Assembly: GCF_009914755.1 (NCBI RefSeq)
Contig: NC_060940.1
Reading direction: 5' to 3' (one strand)
DNA length: 64,000 nt
Source: the human T2T-CHM13v2.0 reference genome, Homo sapiens
The stretch's first letter is position 1. Every line of letters begins with the position of its first letter. Both the position numbers and the translations under genes were made by a program. The notes under the pieces are model-generated. The model made no database searches, had not been told where the DNA came from, and worked only from the letters and a program-made list of their open reading frames with translations. Shown one piece after another: positions 11,923 through 26,915 of the stretch.

Positions 11923-12587
11923 TGTGTCTCCAGTTGGTTCCTGCCAGTGGGTTCATGGTCTCGCTGACTTCAATAATGAAGCCGCTGACCTTCGCAGTGA
12001 GTGCTACAGCTCTTAAAGATGGCACGGACCCAAAGAGTGAGTGGTAGCAAGGTTTACTGTGAAGAGCAAAAGGACAAAGCTTCCATAGCATGGAAGGGGA
12101 CCCAAGCAGGTTGCCGCCGCTGGCTGGGGGTGGGCAGCATTTAGTCTCTTATTGGCCCCACCCATGTTCCATTTCTGTCCTATCAGAGTGCTCTTTTTTT
12201 CAATCCTCCCCACGATTGGCTACTTTTAGAATCCTGCCAATTGGTGTGTTTTACAGATTGCTGATTGGTGCATTTTACAGAGTGCTGATTGGTGCATTTT
12301 ACAATCCTCTTGCTAGCTACAGAGCACTGATTGGTACGTTGTTACAGAGCGCTGATTGTGGCATTTTATAATCCACTTGCTAGCTACAGAGTGCTGATTA
12401 GTGCATTTTTACAGAGTGCTGATTGGTGCATTTTACAATCCCCTTGCTAGCTGCAGAGCGCTGATTGGTGCATTTTGCAATCCTAGCTACAGAGTGCTGA
12501 TTGGTGCGTTTTACATTCCTCTTGCTGGACAGAAAAGTTCTCCAAGTCCCCACTCGACCCAGGAAGTCCAGCTGGCTTTACCTCTCA
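11923..12587 (-). mobile_element. LTR12-family 3' LTR of HERV9
   Basis: Minus strand starts TGAGAGGTAAAGCCAGCTGGACTTCCTGGGTCGAGTGGGGACTTGGAG and ends GGAGACACA; tandem CCAAT repeats (CTGATTGGTGCATTTTAC on +) at ~12240-12515; polypurine-tract-like AGAGCGGGGAT just upstream. Confidence 0.92.
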
Positions 12588-12649
12588 ATCCCCGCTCTAA
12601 ACAGGACACCCCAACTGCTGTTGAGAATTGGGTAATGACTGCTCTAGCT

Positions 12650-14075
12650 ACTTCCTGCTGGATAGGGACAAAGAAGGGGCCCTGCAGTGGTAGTGTCCTC
12701 CAGAGGGGAACTCTCTGGGCCAAAGGGCCAGTGGGTCGATCCAGGGGTCCTCGGTAGAAGTTGTTAGTTGAGCTCATTTGGGGTTCCATTTTTAAAACCA
12801 TCTATAGCTTGATGGCCTCAATCCTGGAGGAAACAAATTTGACAAGGAGGTCAAAAATACAGGGCCCGAAGGCAAATAATAGCAAGATGGCTGTCACGGG
12901 ACCTAGAAAAGGGAGAAGCATGTCGCCCAACTCCAGAAGTGGGTATAAGAGTTTGAAAGGCATTGTCTGATTTCAGAAGCCTTTTCCTGTAAACACCGGG
13001 TGGTGTCTCATACTATCCCTGACAGGTTACTGTAAAAACAACACTCTTCCCCTAAGAAGGTACAGAGTCCTCCTTTCTCAGCAGTGAGGAGGTCTAGGCC
13101 TCAGTGGTTTTGGAGAGTCACTGCTGCCAAAGAGTCTATTTGGGACTGTAGAGTAAGGATAGATTTTGTTATTTCTTGCAAACTATCTTAGAGAGTGTGT
13201 GGTAGTAGGATAATGAAGTAGATACACTGGCTATTCTGGTTCCTGTAACAGTGGCCATTCCTAACCCTATAAGTAGGGGTATTAGTTGTATTGCTCTGCA
13301 CTGACAGACTTGAGCTTTGAGGTGCACTGATAGGGTCTGATTTCCTGGGGCAATGTCAATGTTGGGACTTAGGAAGACTAAGGTGCAGGTGCCTGTCCAG
13401 TTGGTGGGGAGGCAGATATAGGTTGAAGTTCCACATAAGAAGAATATGCCTTGGCTGGGTACACAGAACTGGTTGTGTATGTTAAAAAGGTGTGTGAGTT
13501 TGTTGTTTTCATTTTCCCATACTCCTAGAGTACTTGCCAAGGTAGCTCCAGTGAGCGGCTGGAAAGGAGTGTTGGGAGCAAACTGAGTGGCTCCCTGTGT
13601 TCTATTTTACCATTGGAGAAAAAATCGTTTTGTATCTACTAGGAACCATTCAAGAGAGTGATTGAAATAGGGGATGAGAAGGCATTCACTAGTGGTGGGG
13701 GCGCTGCTGCAGGGGGTCCAGGGGTGAATGGTCATGCAGGGAGTATGTTTGCCATTATTAAACCTAGACTGTTTGTTAAGCAGGAAGGAGGTGATGATTT
13801 TTGGAGGCTCTGAGAAGCGGACAAGCCATCTGAATGGAGCTGTTTGGGTGAGTCGGAAGTTACTGTGATCAGTTGGGGCTTGAAGTTGTAGGGTGTAATT
13901 ACACTGATGGGATAGTAGGTGCCCCAGGGGCAGTCCTGATAACAGGTTGCATTGGATGCATAAAGGGGCTTGGAAAGTTAAGACAGTATTCGTGGTTGCA
14001 GGGCCATGTATGGTTTTTTCATTGCTTGTGTAATAGGTTAGGTTGGAAATGTAAGAGTGTAAAAGCTGGATTGCG
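12650..14075 (-). pseudogene. Disrupted HERV9 env (partial SU and TM)
   Basis: GIFFLCGTSTYICLPTNWTGTCTL, RAIQLIPLLIGLG fusion peptide, immunosuppressive domain containing an in-frame TGA, and CX6CC motif. Confidence 0.85.
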
Positions 14076-16260
14076 AAGCTTTGGGGAAGCCCAAATCTAG
14101 GAATTATTTCATGAATTAGGACTTTAACCACTTCCTGATCCTTCTCTGTCTTGCAAGGGAAGGCTTCTATCCAATTTGTAAAGGTTTCAACACAGACTAA
14201 CAAGTATTGAAATCCCCTTGACTTAGGCATATGAGAGACGTCTAACTGCCAGTCCTCTCTGGGATGGTGCCCTATTCTTTGTTGTCCCAGAGGGGCCTTA
14301 CGATGGGCCAAGGGATTATGCCTTTGGCACACATCACAGGCTTTGACTACTTGTCGGATGGTCCGGAGGAGATTTGGCCCTGTAAATAGGGATTTGGCCA
14401 TTTGATGAGTGTTCTCAATACCCATATGAAAACTTTGGTGGAGGGTCTTAAGTATTTTCCACTGGCTGCCCTCTTCTGTCGTTAACCATCCCGAGGGGAG
14501 AAAACTATGCCCCCATGAAAGTCCCCATTCTGTTTCAGTCAGGGAATACTGGGGCTTAATCTCTTGGAGAGGGTTGTTCCATACCAAGGGTCCTTCTCTA
14601 GGTATTTCTAATGGGAGTTTCCACCTGGCAGCAATTTTGACCTCAGCGTCTGCCTGACGGTTTCCTTCTGCCTTTTCTCCTTCACCTTTTTGATGGCTTC
14701 AGCAGTGTAAGACTGCCACTTCCTTGGGGTCTTGCACTGCATGCGATAACTCCATGATTTTCTTGTGGTATTTAATGGGAGCTCCCCCAGAGGTTAGGAA
14801 CTCCCTTTCTTTCCATATTGCAGCATGGGCATGTAGGATTAGATAAGCACACTTGCTATCTGTGTACACATTTATTCTTTTTTTCCTTTCCCAGTTCTAA
14901 GGCTTGGGTAAGTGCCACTAGTTCTGGTAACTGGGCGCTGGTCCCTAGGGGAAAAGGCTTACTTTCAAGTACTGTTACATCAGTAACTATGGCATAACCT
15001 GCCCTTTGTATCCCATTCTCCGCAAATGAACTTCCATCAGCATATAGGTTAAGGTCAGGATTAGCTAAGGGGACTTCCAAGAGATCCTCTTGGGTGGCAT
15101 AAGTCTGGGCTGCAATTTGTTGGCAGTCATGCTCAATTGGTTCCCCATCCTCTGGGAGAAAAGTAGCAGGGCTGAGGGCCGCACAGGTGCATATTTGAAG
15201 CACCGGTCCCTCAAGGAGTAGCACCTGGTATCTAAGCAGATGGTTGTCTGATAGCCATAAATTTCTTTTGGCACCTAGTATGCCATTTACATCATGAGTA
15301 GTCCAGATGGTGAAATCCTTTCCTTGTATTATTTTGATAGCCTCTGATACTAACATGGCCACCACCGCAACTACCCATAAACAGTGAGGCCAGCCTTTAG
15401 CTACTACATCAATTTCCTTACTTAGGTATGCCACTGGTTGTGGGGTTATTCCTCGAGTCTGAGTAAGGACTCCAAGAGCTATTCCCACTCTCTCTGTGAT
15501 GTGTAAAGAGAAGTTTTGTCCTCTGGGAAGGCTTAAGGCTGGAGCTTGTACTAGGGCCTGCTTTAAGGTTTTGAAGGCTGTTTCTGCCTCTGGTTCCCAT
15601 TCTACTAGATGGCCCTCTGGGTCTCCTTGATTAGAGTATAGAGAGGCTTGGCCATCTCGCTGTATCTGGGGATCCATAGTTGGCAAAAGCCAGTGATCCC
15701 AAGGAACCCCTGCAACTGTTTTAATGTCTTAGGGTGAGGATAAGCCAGTATAGGCTGTATTCATTCTTTGCTGAGGGCCCTGGTTCCTCTGGCTAAGATT
15801 AGGCCTAGATATTTGACTTGTTGTAGGCAGAGCTGGGCCTTCAATTTAGATGCCTTGTACCCTTGATTAGCTAGAAAGTTCAAGATATCTAGAGTAGCCT
15901 GCTGGCATGAGGCTTCCAAACTGGTAGCCAAAAGTAAATCATCCACATACTGAAGGACCAGAGTCCCTGAACTTGAGAAGTGGCCGAGATCTTGGGCCAG
16001 TGCCTGACCAAACAGATGAGAGCTATCCCTAAACCTTGAGGCAAGACCGTCCATGTAAGTTGGGATGTGTGGTCTGTGGGATCCTCAAAGGCAAAGAGAA
16101 ACTGGGAGTCAGAGTGCAGGGGAATGCAGAAGAAGCCATCCTTGAGGTCCAGAACAGTGAACAATTCTGCTTCCTCTGGTATTTGAGAGTAGGGTGTAGG
16201 GGTTGGGTACAGCTGGATATAGAGGAATTACTGCCTCATTGATGAGTCTAAGATCTTGCA
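14076..16260 (-). pseudogene. Disrupted HERV9 pol (RT, RNase H, N-terminal integrase)
   Basis: ORF-track pieces 15889-16164, 15761-16054, 14856-15686 and the start of 13607-14587 fall in different frames, showing frameshifts. Confidence 0.88.
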
Positions 16261-16461
16261 TCAGGACTCTCTGAGTGCCAGAGCTTCTGCCACCTGGATG
16301 TTTTCCTGGGCCTCCCCTTCTCCCCACCCCTGGTTCTCACCTGGACCTGTCTGACCTGTTTCCAGGTGCTTATACATTGCCACGACCACCATCAGATCAA
16401 TGAAGGAGAAATCCCATCCACATGGCTGGGGCCCTCTTTCTAGAGTGTCAGGGGTAGGTAA

Positions 16462-16868
<407 letters not shown>

Positions 16869-16985
16869 TGACATGGACCTTCTTCTCATGAGGTTCACTG
16901 TCCACATGATATCCCTGTGAGCCTTTGGATGCATTTTCTCATTGTCATCCCTGTCACAGCTCAAAGATGAGCTCGTGCTCATAGT

Positions 16986-17748
<763 letters not shown>

Positions 17749-17807
17749 CTGAGCCTCATTTTCCAGATGGGAATGCAAAGGCACAGAGAGATTCAGAAAT
17801 TTACCCG

Positions 17808-18102
17808 GGCCGGGCACAATGGCTCATGCCTGTAATCCCAGCACTTTGGGAGGCCAACCGGGGTGGATCACCTGCGGTCAGGAGTTCCAGACCAGCCTGG
17901 CCAGCATGGTGAAACCCCATCTCTACTAAAACTACAAAAATCAGCCATGCTTGGTGGCGTGTGCCTGTAATCCCAGCTACTTGGGAGGCTGAGGAAGGGG
18001 AATCACTTGATCCTGGAGACAGAAGTTGCAGTGAGTCGAGACCATGCCATTGCACTCCAGCCTGGGTGACAAGAGCGAGACCCCATCTCAAAAAAAAAAA
18101 AA
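17808..18102 (+). mobile_element. AluS
   Basis: Full dimer; TSD AGAAA(T/C)TTACCC. Confidence 0.9.
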
Positions 18103-18362
18103 GAAACTTACCCAAAGCCACGCACTTAGTAACTAAGCCAGCAGGCAGCCTCACTCCAGACACCCTTCTTCTTCTTCTTCTTCTTCTTTTTGTAAATTGT
18201 GGTATAGTTGGTGTATAGAATAGCATACAATGATGAAAAGAAAGAACTATACATTTGGCATATATCAACACAAATGACACTGTCAGGTGTGATGCCGCAA
18301 GATGTGGAAGTATAGATACAAGATGATGGTGTCGATATAAAGCTTAGAAATGAGCATGAACA

Positions 18363-18698
<336 letters not shown>

Positions 18699-20224
18699 TT
18701 AAGGACATACACACATATGAGTTAGTGAGCTGTGAAGAAATGCGTGGGACTAATGGCTGCCAAATTCTGTTCCTCTAGTGCATAGAGGCTGTGATTAGGG
18801 GAGGAAAGCGGGGCTCAGTGACGTGGTAATACATCTGTTAACCTGGTGGTGGGTACAGTAGTGTGGTTAGCAACGCTGATGCCCTACCCAGGCCCCACTC
18901 CTTTTGGTTGATTTTACTTTCAATCACTCTCCTGTGCCCCTCCAAGGAATCTGGCTGAAGCTGCCCCCCGGGGACGTCACCTGAGGTCACACCCTTGCTG
19001 GGTTTCCACTCCTTCTCTGTCTTCACTCCCCAACTTTCCCTCCACTTCCCCAAGGAGCACATCCTTAATGAACTCAACCTGAGACAGTGGAGAGAGCCCA
19101 GTCACCCATAAGCTGAGAGAGCAGAGCCCAGGCAAGGCAGAAAGGAAGGGGGACCCTATTGTTAGCCAAGTGTGGTTCAGGCGAAAGCCCCACAGTGCAG
19201 AGGGACAGCCACAGCTCAGAGGGCAGCTGAGGTGCTGGTTCTTCCCTGCAAAGGGCTCTCTAGGGACTCCTGCTTCCCAGGTCTGGGGCTTGCTCAGAAG
19301 TGGCCACAGCCCTTCCCAATACCCTCAGCCTCCCCTGGGGAGAGCCATGACCCAGGTGGCATTGTGCGACGTGTCAAATCTCCAAATGCTGTTGAGTCGT
19401 GACCCCATTCCCTGCTGGCTTTTGCAGTGGCTGAGATTCCCAAGGCCTTTCAAAGAGGCCAGATCCACCAGGCTCCTTGGAAAGGGTGTGAGGCTTCTTC
19501 CCAGGATGCTGGGTGCTTGTCACTGACCCTGGTGCTGAACAGATCTTCCTCGGGTGCCCAGAGGGTCGAGTTTGGCAGGACAATCCCCCCACCCCGACTG
19601 CAGGCAGGCTGCCAGACTAGGAGCAGAGGACTTCTGAGTTCTCAGTGACTTCTGTCACTACACCCTGAGGGGTGAACCTCAAATTTTCCCAATGTCATCA
19701 GGGGACCATAGACCTGCCTTTGAAGTAGCTTGGAAACAGGGACAGATGTTCCTTGGAAAGAGAGTCAGACTCTAGCAATGAATAAAAGGCACTCATTTAC
19801 AAGGCTTGAGTGGAAGCTCAGAAGTCCTGGAGCCCAGGCATCAGAGAGACATTGAGACAAGTCCATTGGTAAGAGTGAGAGTAACAAGAAGGGTTTCTGC
19901 ATTCTGCTTCAGGAACAACACCAGCCATTTATCCATTCACTCACTTAATCCAAAAACTATGTATTGAAGGCCTACCATGTGCCGAGATATATTCCATTAA
20001 AGAAAAGAAACAGAAACCTCTGTCCCATGCAACTTACATCCCAGTAGGATGGGGGTGGGGGTACAGGTGGGAGACAGATAGTAAACAGCAGACATAAGTA
20101 AGCGAATGGCCTAGCATGTCAGAGGATATAAGCATTTCAGCAAAAAAAAAAAAAAAAAAGAGCAGAGGAAGAGATGGGGATGGCATGCAATTTGACTTCA
20201 CTGAAAGATGTAATCTAAACAAAT

Positions 20225-20843
20225 ACATATATATATTTATAATATATATAATATATATTATTATCTATAATATATATAATATATATTATTATCTATAATA
20301 TATATAATATATATTATTATCTATAATATATATAATATATATTATTATCTATAATATATATAATATATATTATTATCTATAATATATATAATATATATTA
20401 TTATCTATAATATATATAATATATATTATTATCTATAATATATATAATATATATTATTATCTATAATATATATAATATATATTATTATCTATAATATATA
20501 TAATATATATTATTATCTATAATATATATAATATATATATTATAATATATATAACATATATTATATATAATATATATATTATAATATATATATTATATTA
20601 TAATATATATTATAATATATATATTATATTATAATATATATTATAATATATATATTATATAATAATATATATTATAATATATATATTATATTATATATAT
20701 GTTATATATATTATAAATATATATTTTATATATATATAATATATATTTATAATATATATAATATATATTTATAATATATATAATATATATTTATAATATA
20801 TATTATATATATTATAAATATATATAATATATATATATATATA
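20225..20843. repeat. AT-rich tandem array with ten 28-bp units (CTATAATATATATAATATATATTATTAT), then degenerate (TA)n
   Basis: A single C recurs every 28 nt from 20265 to 20517; the array abuts the tail of the Alu at 20844. Confidence 0.93.
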
Positions 20844-21845
<1,002 letters not shown>

Positions 21846-21927
21846 ATTTGCCAGATATAAGCAGTAAGGCAGTTGATGCAAACCAAAGCCTTCTAATGTA
21901 ATTATTGTTATTATTTTCATTTTGCAG

Positions 21928-22045
21928 CTGTAGAAACTGAGGCTCAGAGAGAAGTGACTTTGAGCTCACAGTGTCACCGCCTGCTGATGGGAGAGCTGAA
22001 TTCAAAACCAGGTGACCTGACCTAGAGTCTTTGCTCCTAACCCCT
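21928..22045 (-). mobile_element. MIR fragment carrying splice signals on the + strand
   Basis: GAAACTGAGGCTCAGAGAGAAGTGACTT...GAATTCAAAACCAGGT is the antisense MIR core. Confidence 0.7.
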
Positions 22046-22926
22046 CCACTGTGAGGTGACCCCCTCGCTGGATCTTTCAGGGCATGTGTTAGATGAGCGG
22101 TGGATGGACTTTGGATCAAGGGAAGATAATCCATACAAGAAGGGGACAGGAGTTTGGAAGCAGCAAACCAAGTCACAAAGTGAGGGGACGCACTGGCCCT
22201 CAAGAAAGCTCAATGTTGGGGAGCAGGGAGATGAGACTGAATAGGAAGGAGGGGCTAGATGGAAGGTACAGCTTCAAGATTGGCCTGAAAAGTTTTGACT
22301 GGATGGGGAAGGAAGCAGGGAGCCATTGACGGTTTTGGAGGAAGGGGGCATTACATGGTCAGGGCAGCCCTTGTGAAAGATCCACCACATGTGGGCATGC
22401 AGCTGATGAGGGAGGTGTCAGGAGAGACCAGAGAGGAAGAAATAGGCCCAGAAGTTTTTGAGACTCTCTGGGTGTGAAGGATGAGGGCTGAGCCAGTGGA
22501 GATGAGAAGGAAGCAAGGAAGCCAAGCTCCCACTGAAGACAGCGCTGGGCAGAGTCTCTGCCTGATGTAATGTGGGGGATGGAGGCGAGGAATGAGTCAA
22601 GGGCAAAGTTTCAGACTTGGGGGCAGATGGGGAGATGGGAAACAATGCTGGCTTGAACAGAAAAAAAGGAGGCTGGTGTGAGAGGGAACTCGGTTTTGCC
22701 CTTCTGGTACCTGGGGCTGAGTGAACCATAGCAGGACAGACTTCTGCTTCCCAGCAGCTCACAGGTTAGTGTGGGGGACAGAACTGCACAGAGCTGGCCA
22801 GGCTGCAAGGCAGAGAGAGCTGAGGGGTGCCACAGAAAGATGGGCCGGAAAGAGGAGTGTCCAGGTGGGTGTGTCTGATTAGTTACTGGTCAGGGCTGGA
22901 GACAGAGATTTAAGAAGTATTTATCA

Positions 22927-23270
<344 letters not shown>

Positions 23271-23369
23271 TCAGGGAGGAAGGGAAGGTTGCTTGAGGCA
23301 AAAACAAAGTCTAGGACAGAAGCCCAGGCTTGCTCCTGCCACCAGCTAGCTCTGTGCCCATGAAGCAGA

Positions 23370-23640
<271 letters not shown>

Positions 23641-24699
23641 TAATAGTTCTTACTCCCTGAAGCTGTTGTGAGGACAAAGTAAACTAATAGACTTAACTGC
23701 TGAGATTCCCCTGCCCCAACACCCACCCCAGCCTATAGTGAGAGCTCAGGGACATTTCTGAGAAGAGGAGCTCACAGGGAGCTCAGGGAAGAACCATGTC
23801 CCAAATCCCAGTGGGAGGAGCATCAAGAAGGATGGTAGGTTCCCAGGGATGACAAGGCGATTCCCTGAGCCAGCTGGAGACTAGGAACTTTATAGACTTC
23901 ATCTCAGTTAGTTTTCCAGGTCATACCATGAGGGAGTGTCTTATCATCACACCCATTTCACAGATGAGAAAACTGAAGTTCATAAAATCGCTGTTAGTCA
24001 CACAACCAGGAACAAGTAGAAGAGTGACTGGGACTCAGGGCTGTAGGTAATGATTCCAGAGCCTCTGCTGGTAATCACTGCCCAATGTAAGGCAGTGGGA
24101 GGTTCAGGGAGTGGCTGGAGGGGATCAAGAGGCTCAGTGAGAGCACCTTTCCTAGAGCATCAGAGCTGGAAGCCACATTGCTGAGGATTAATTAAATCAC
24201 AAGTGGGCAGAGAGGAAATGGTAGAGGGAAGTACAGACCACACATCGGAGCAGTTTGGTCATGAATGAAAGGAGAAATGGGAGGGCAGCATGCGAGGGTG
24301 TTGAAGTCAAGGGGAGGTCTTTATGGAAGTGGAGAGACAGGATCATGTTGTCAGCAGAGGGAAAGGGGGTCATGGGATTGGAGACAGTAAAGAGCTAGAA
24401 GATGGCAGTGCAACTGAGGGAAGGAGGCCCCTCTGGGATGAATAAAGGTTGAGATCCAAGCCACAGTTGAAGCAATATAGGTTTGGCAAAAAATGGCCAC
24501 AACCACAAGGAAGTTGTAAACTAGATGGGGGAGGAGTCAGGGTGTCCTTGGTTAGATTCCTCTGCTTTATCCATGACAGAAGGATTCGGGTGTGTCTCAT
24601 GAAATGATGGTACACACTGGTTTAAAAACTATTTGGATGAAGGAGGCCCTGGGATAGAATGTGAGTTGGGCCCATGTTGTAGTTCAGAATCTCTAAGTG

Positions 24700-25582
24700 A
24701 CCATCCATCTATCCATGCATTCATGCATGTATATATCCATTCATCATCTATCAAGCCATGCACCCATACTTCTATTCATCCATCCAACCACACATCCATC
24801 TATCTAGCCATACATCTACACATACACCCACCCATCCATCAGTCCATCCATCTGCTCACCCATCCAGTTTCATGCATCCATCCATCATCCATCAACCCAT
24901 TCATCCATCCTTCCATCCATCCATCATCCATCCATCCATCCATCCACCCATTCATTCATCCATTCATGTATCCATCCATTCATCCATCCGTCTGTCCATC
25001 CATTCATTCATTCATCTACCCATCCATCCATTTATTCTTTTACCATCCATCTACACATCCATCTACCCATCCGTTCATCCATTCATCTACCCATCCATCT
25101 ATCTATTTATTCTCTCACCATCCGTCCACACATCCATCTACCATCCATCCATCTATCCATCCATTCTTCCATCCATCCCTCCATCCATCCATCTACCCAT
25201 CCATCCATCTATTTATTCTTTTGCCATCCATCCACACATCCATCTACCATCCATCCATCTACCCATCCATTTATCCATTCATCTACCCATCCATCTATCC
25301 ATCCATTCATCTACCCATCCATCTATCTATTTATCCTTTCACCATCCATCCACCAATCCATCTATCCATCATCCATACACACATCCACCCATCCATTTAT
25401 CTACCATCCATCCATCCGTCCATTCTTTCATCCACCTTCCAGCCACTCATCCATTCATCACTCACCCACACGTCCATCCATCATCCATCCTCCATCCATC
25501 CATTCACTCATTTACCCATCCATATCCATTCACCCATTCATTCATTCACCCATCCATACAACCACTCACCTATTTATACATT
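24700..25582. repeat. (CCAT/TCCA)n degenerate tetranucleotide array
   Basis: ~880 nt of CATC-type units; source of the 324-aa and 276-aa H/P/S/I-rich ORFs. Confidence 0.93.
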
Positions 25583-25588
25583 CAGTAA

Positions 25589-26182
<594 letters not shown>

Positions 26183-26915
26183 CTAATAAACATATTTTAT
26201 TGAGCACCCACTAAGGTGCTAAGTCCTGGAGGGATAAGTTGGAACACAAAAGAGATCCTTCAAGGATTTTACAGTCTTTTGTGTGAGTCCCAACAAATAA
26301 ACTAGCAATCACAATACAATATGAAGACAGCCAAGATGAGGGAAGTCAGTGAACTCTGGGGACATAGAGGAAGGAAGGAGTAAGGGTTCAAGCTGCACTC
26401 TAAAATAAGAGTAGGAGTGAAAGGAAGTGAGACGGGGGAACAGGAAAGAATGTTCCAGACAGGAAGAACAGCTTGTACGAAGGCTTGGGCATCAGTAAAG
26501 GCCCGGCATTTTCAAGGAACTGAAAGAAGGTCCATGTGGCTGGGACAAAATGATATAGTGGGTGATGGAGCTGGAGGAAAAAGTTGAGCCTGGAGAAGTA
26601 GGCAGAAATGTGGGCTTCGTCCTGAGAGTAACGGGGAGGCATTGAAGGATTTCAAGAGGGGAGAGCCTTGCTCAGACTTGTGTTTTGGAGATCAATGGGC
26701 TTTTGAGAGGAAGATGGACTGGACCAGGAAGGCCTGGAAGCTGGGGCATGAGTTCACGGCTGTGGTCCAGCAGAGAGATGGAGGAGGAGAAGGAGACGGA
26801 TTCAGGACGCATGCAGGTAGCCAACTAACACACTTCGCTGATGGACTGGATGTGGGCAGTGAGGAAGAGCCCAGGGACAGAGATGACCCTTGGGTTTCTG
26901 ACCTGAGGAACCAAG
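26183..26915 (-). mobile_element. L2 fragment
   Basis: AAACATATTTTATTGAGCACC end and GAATGTTCCAGACAGGAAGAACAGCTTGTACGAAGGC are L2-like. Confidence 0.65.

Larger units (their letters stand above)
12588..16260 (-). mobile_element. HERV9 internal region, 5'-truncated (no 5' LTR, gag or pro) and internally deleted
   Basis: RT motifs [15 protein letters not shown] and [10 protein letters not shown]; RNase H (YADGSS, SAQLPELVAL); integrase HHCC and DWQLD; env [27 protein letters not shown]. Confidence 0.93.

Noticed and set aside
12240-12515. Repeat-spacer-like array resembling CRISPR
   Set aside because: These are the LTR12 CCAAT enhancer repeats; the spacers are not unique, there are no cas genes, and the DNA is human.
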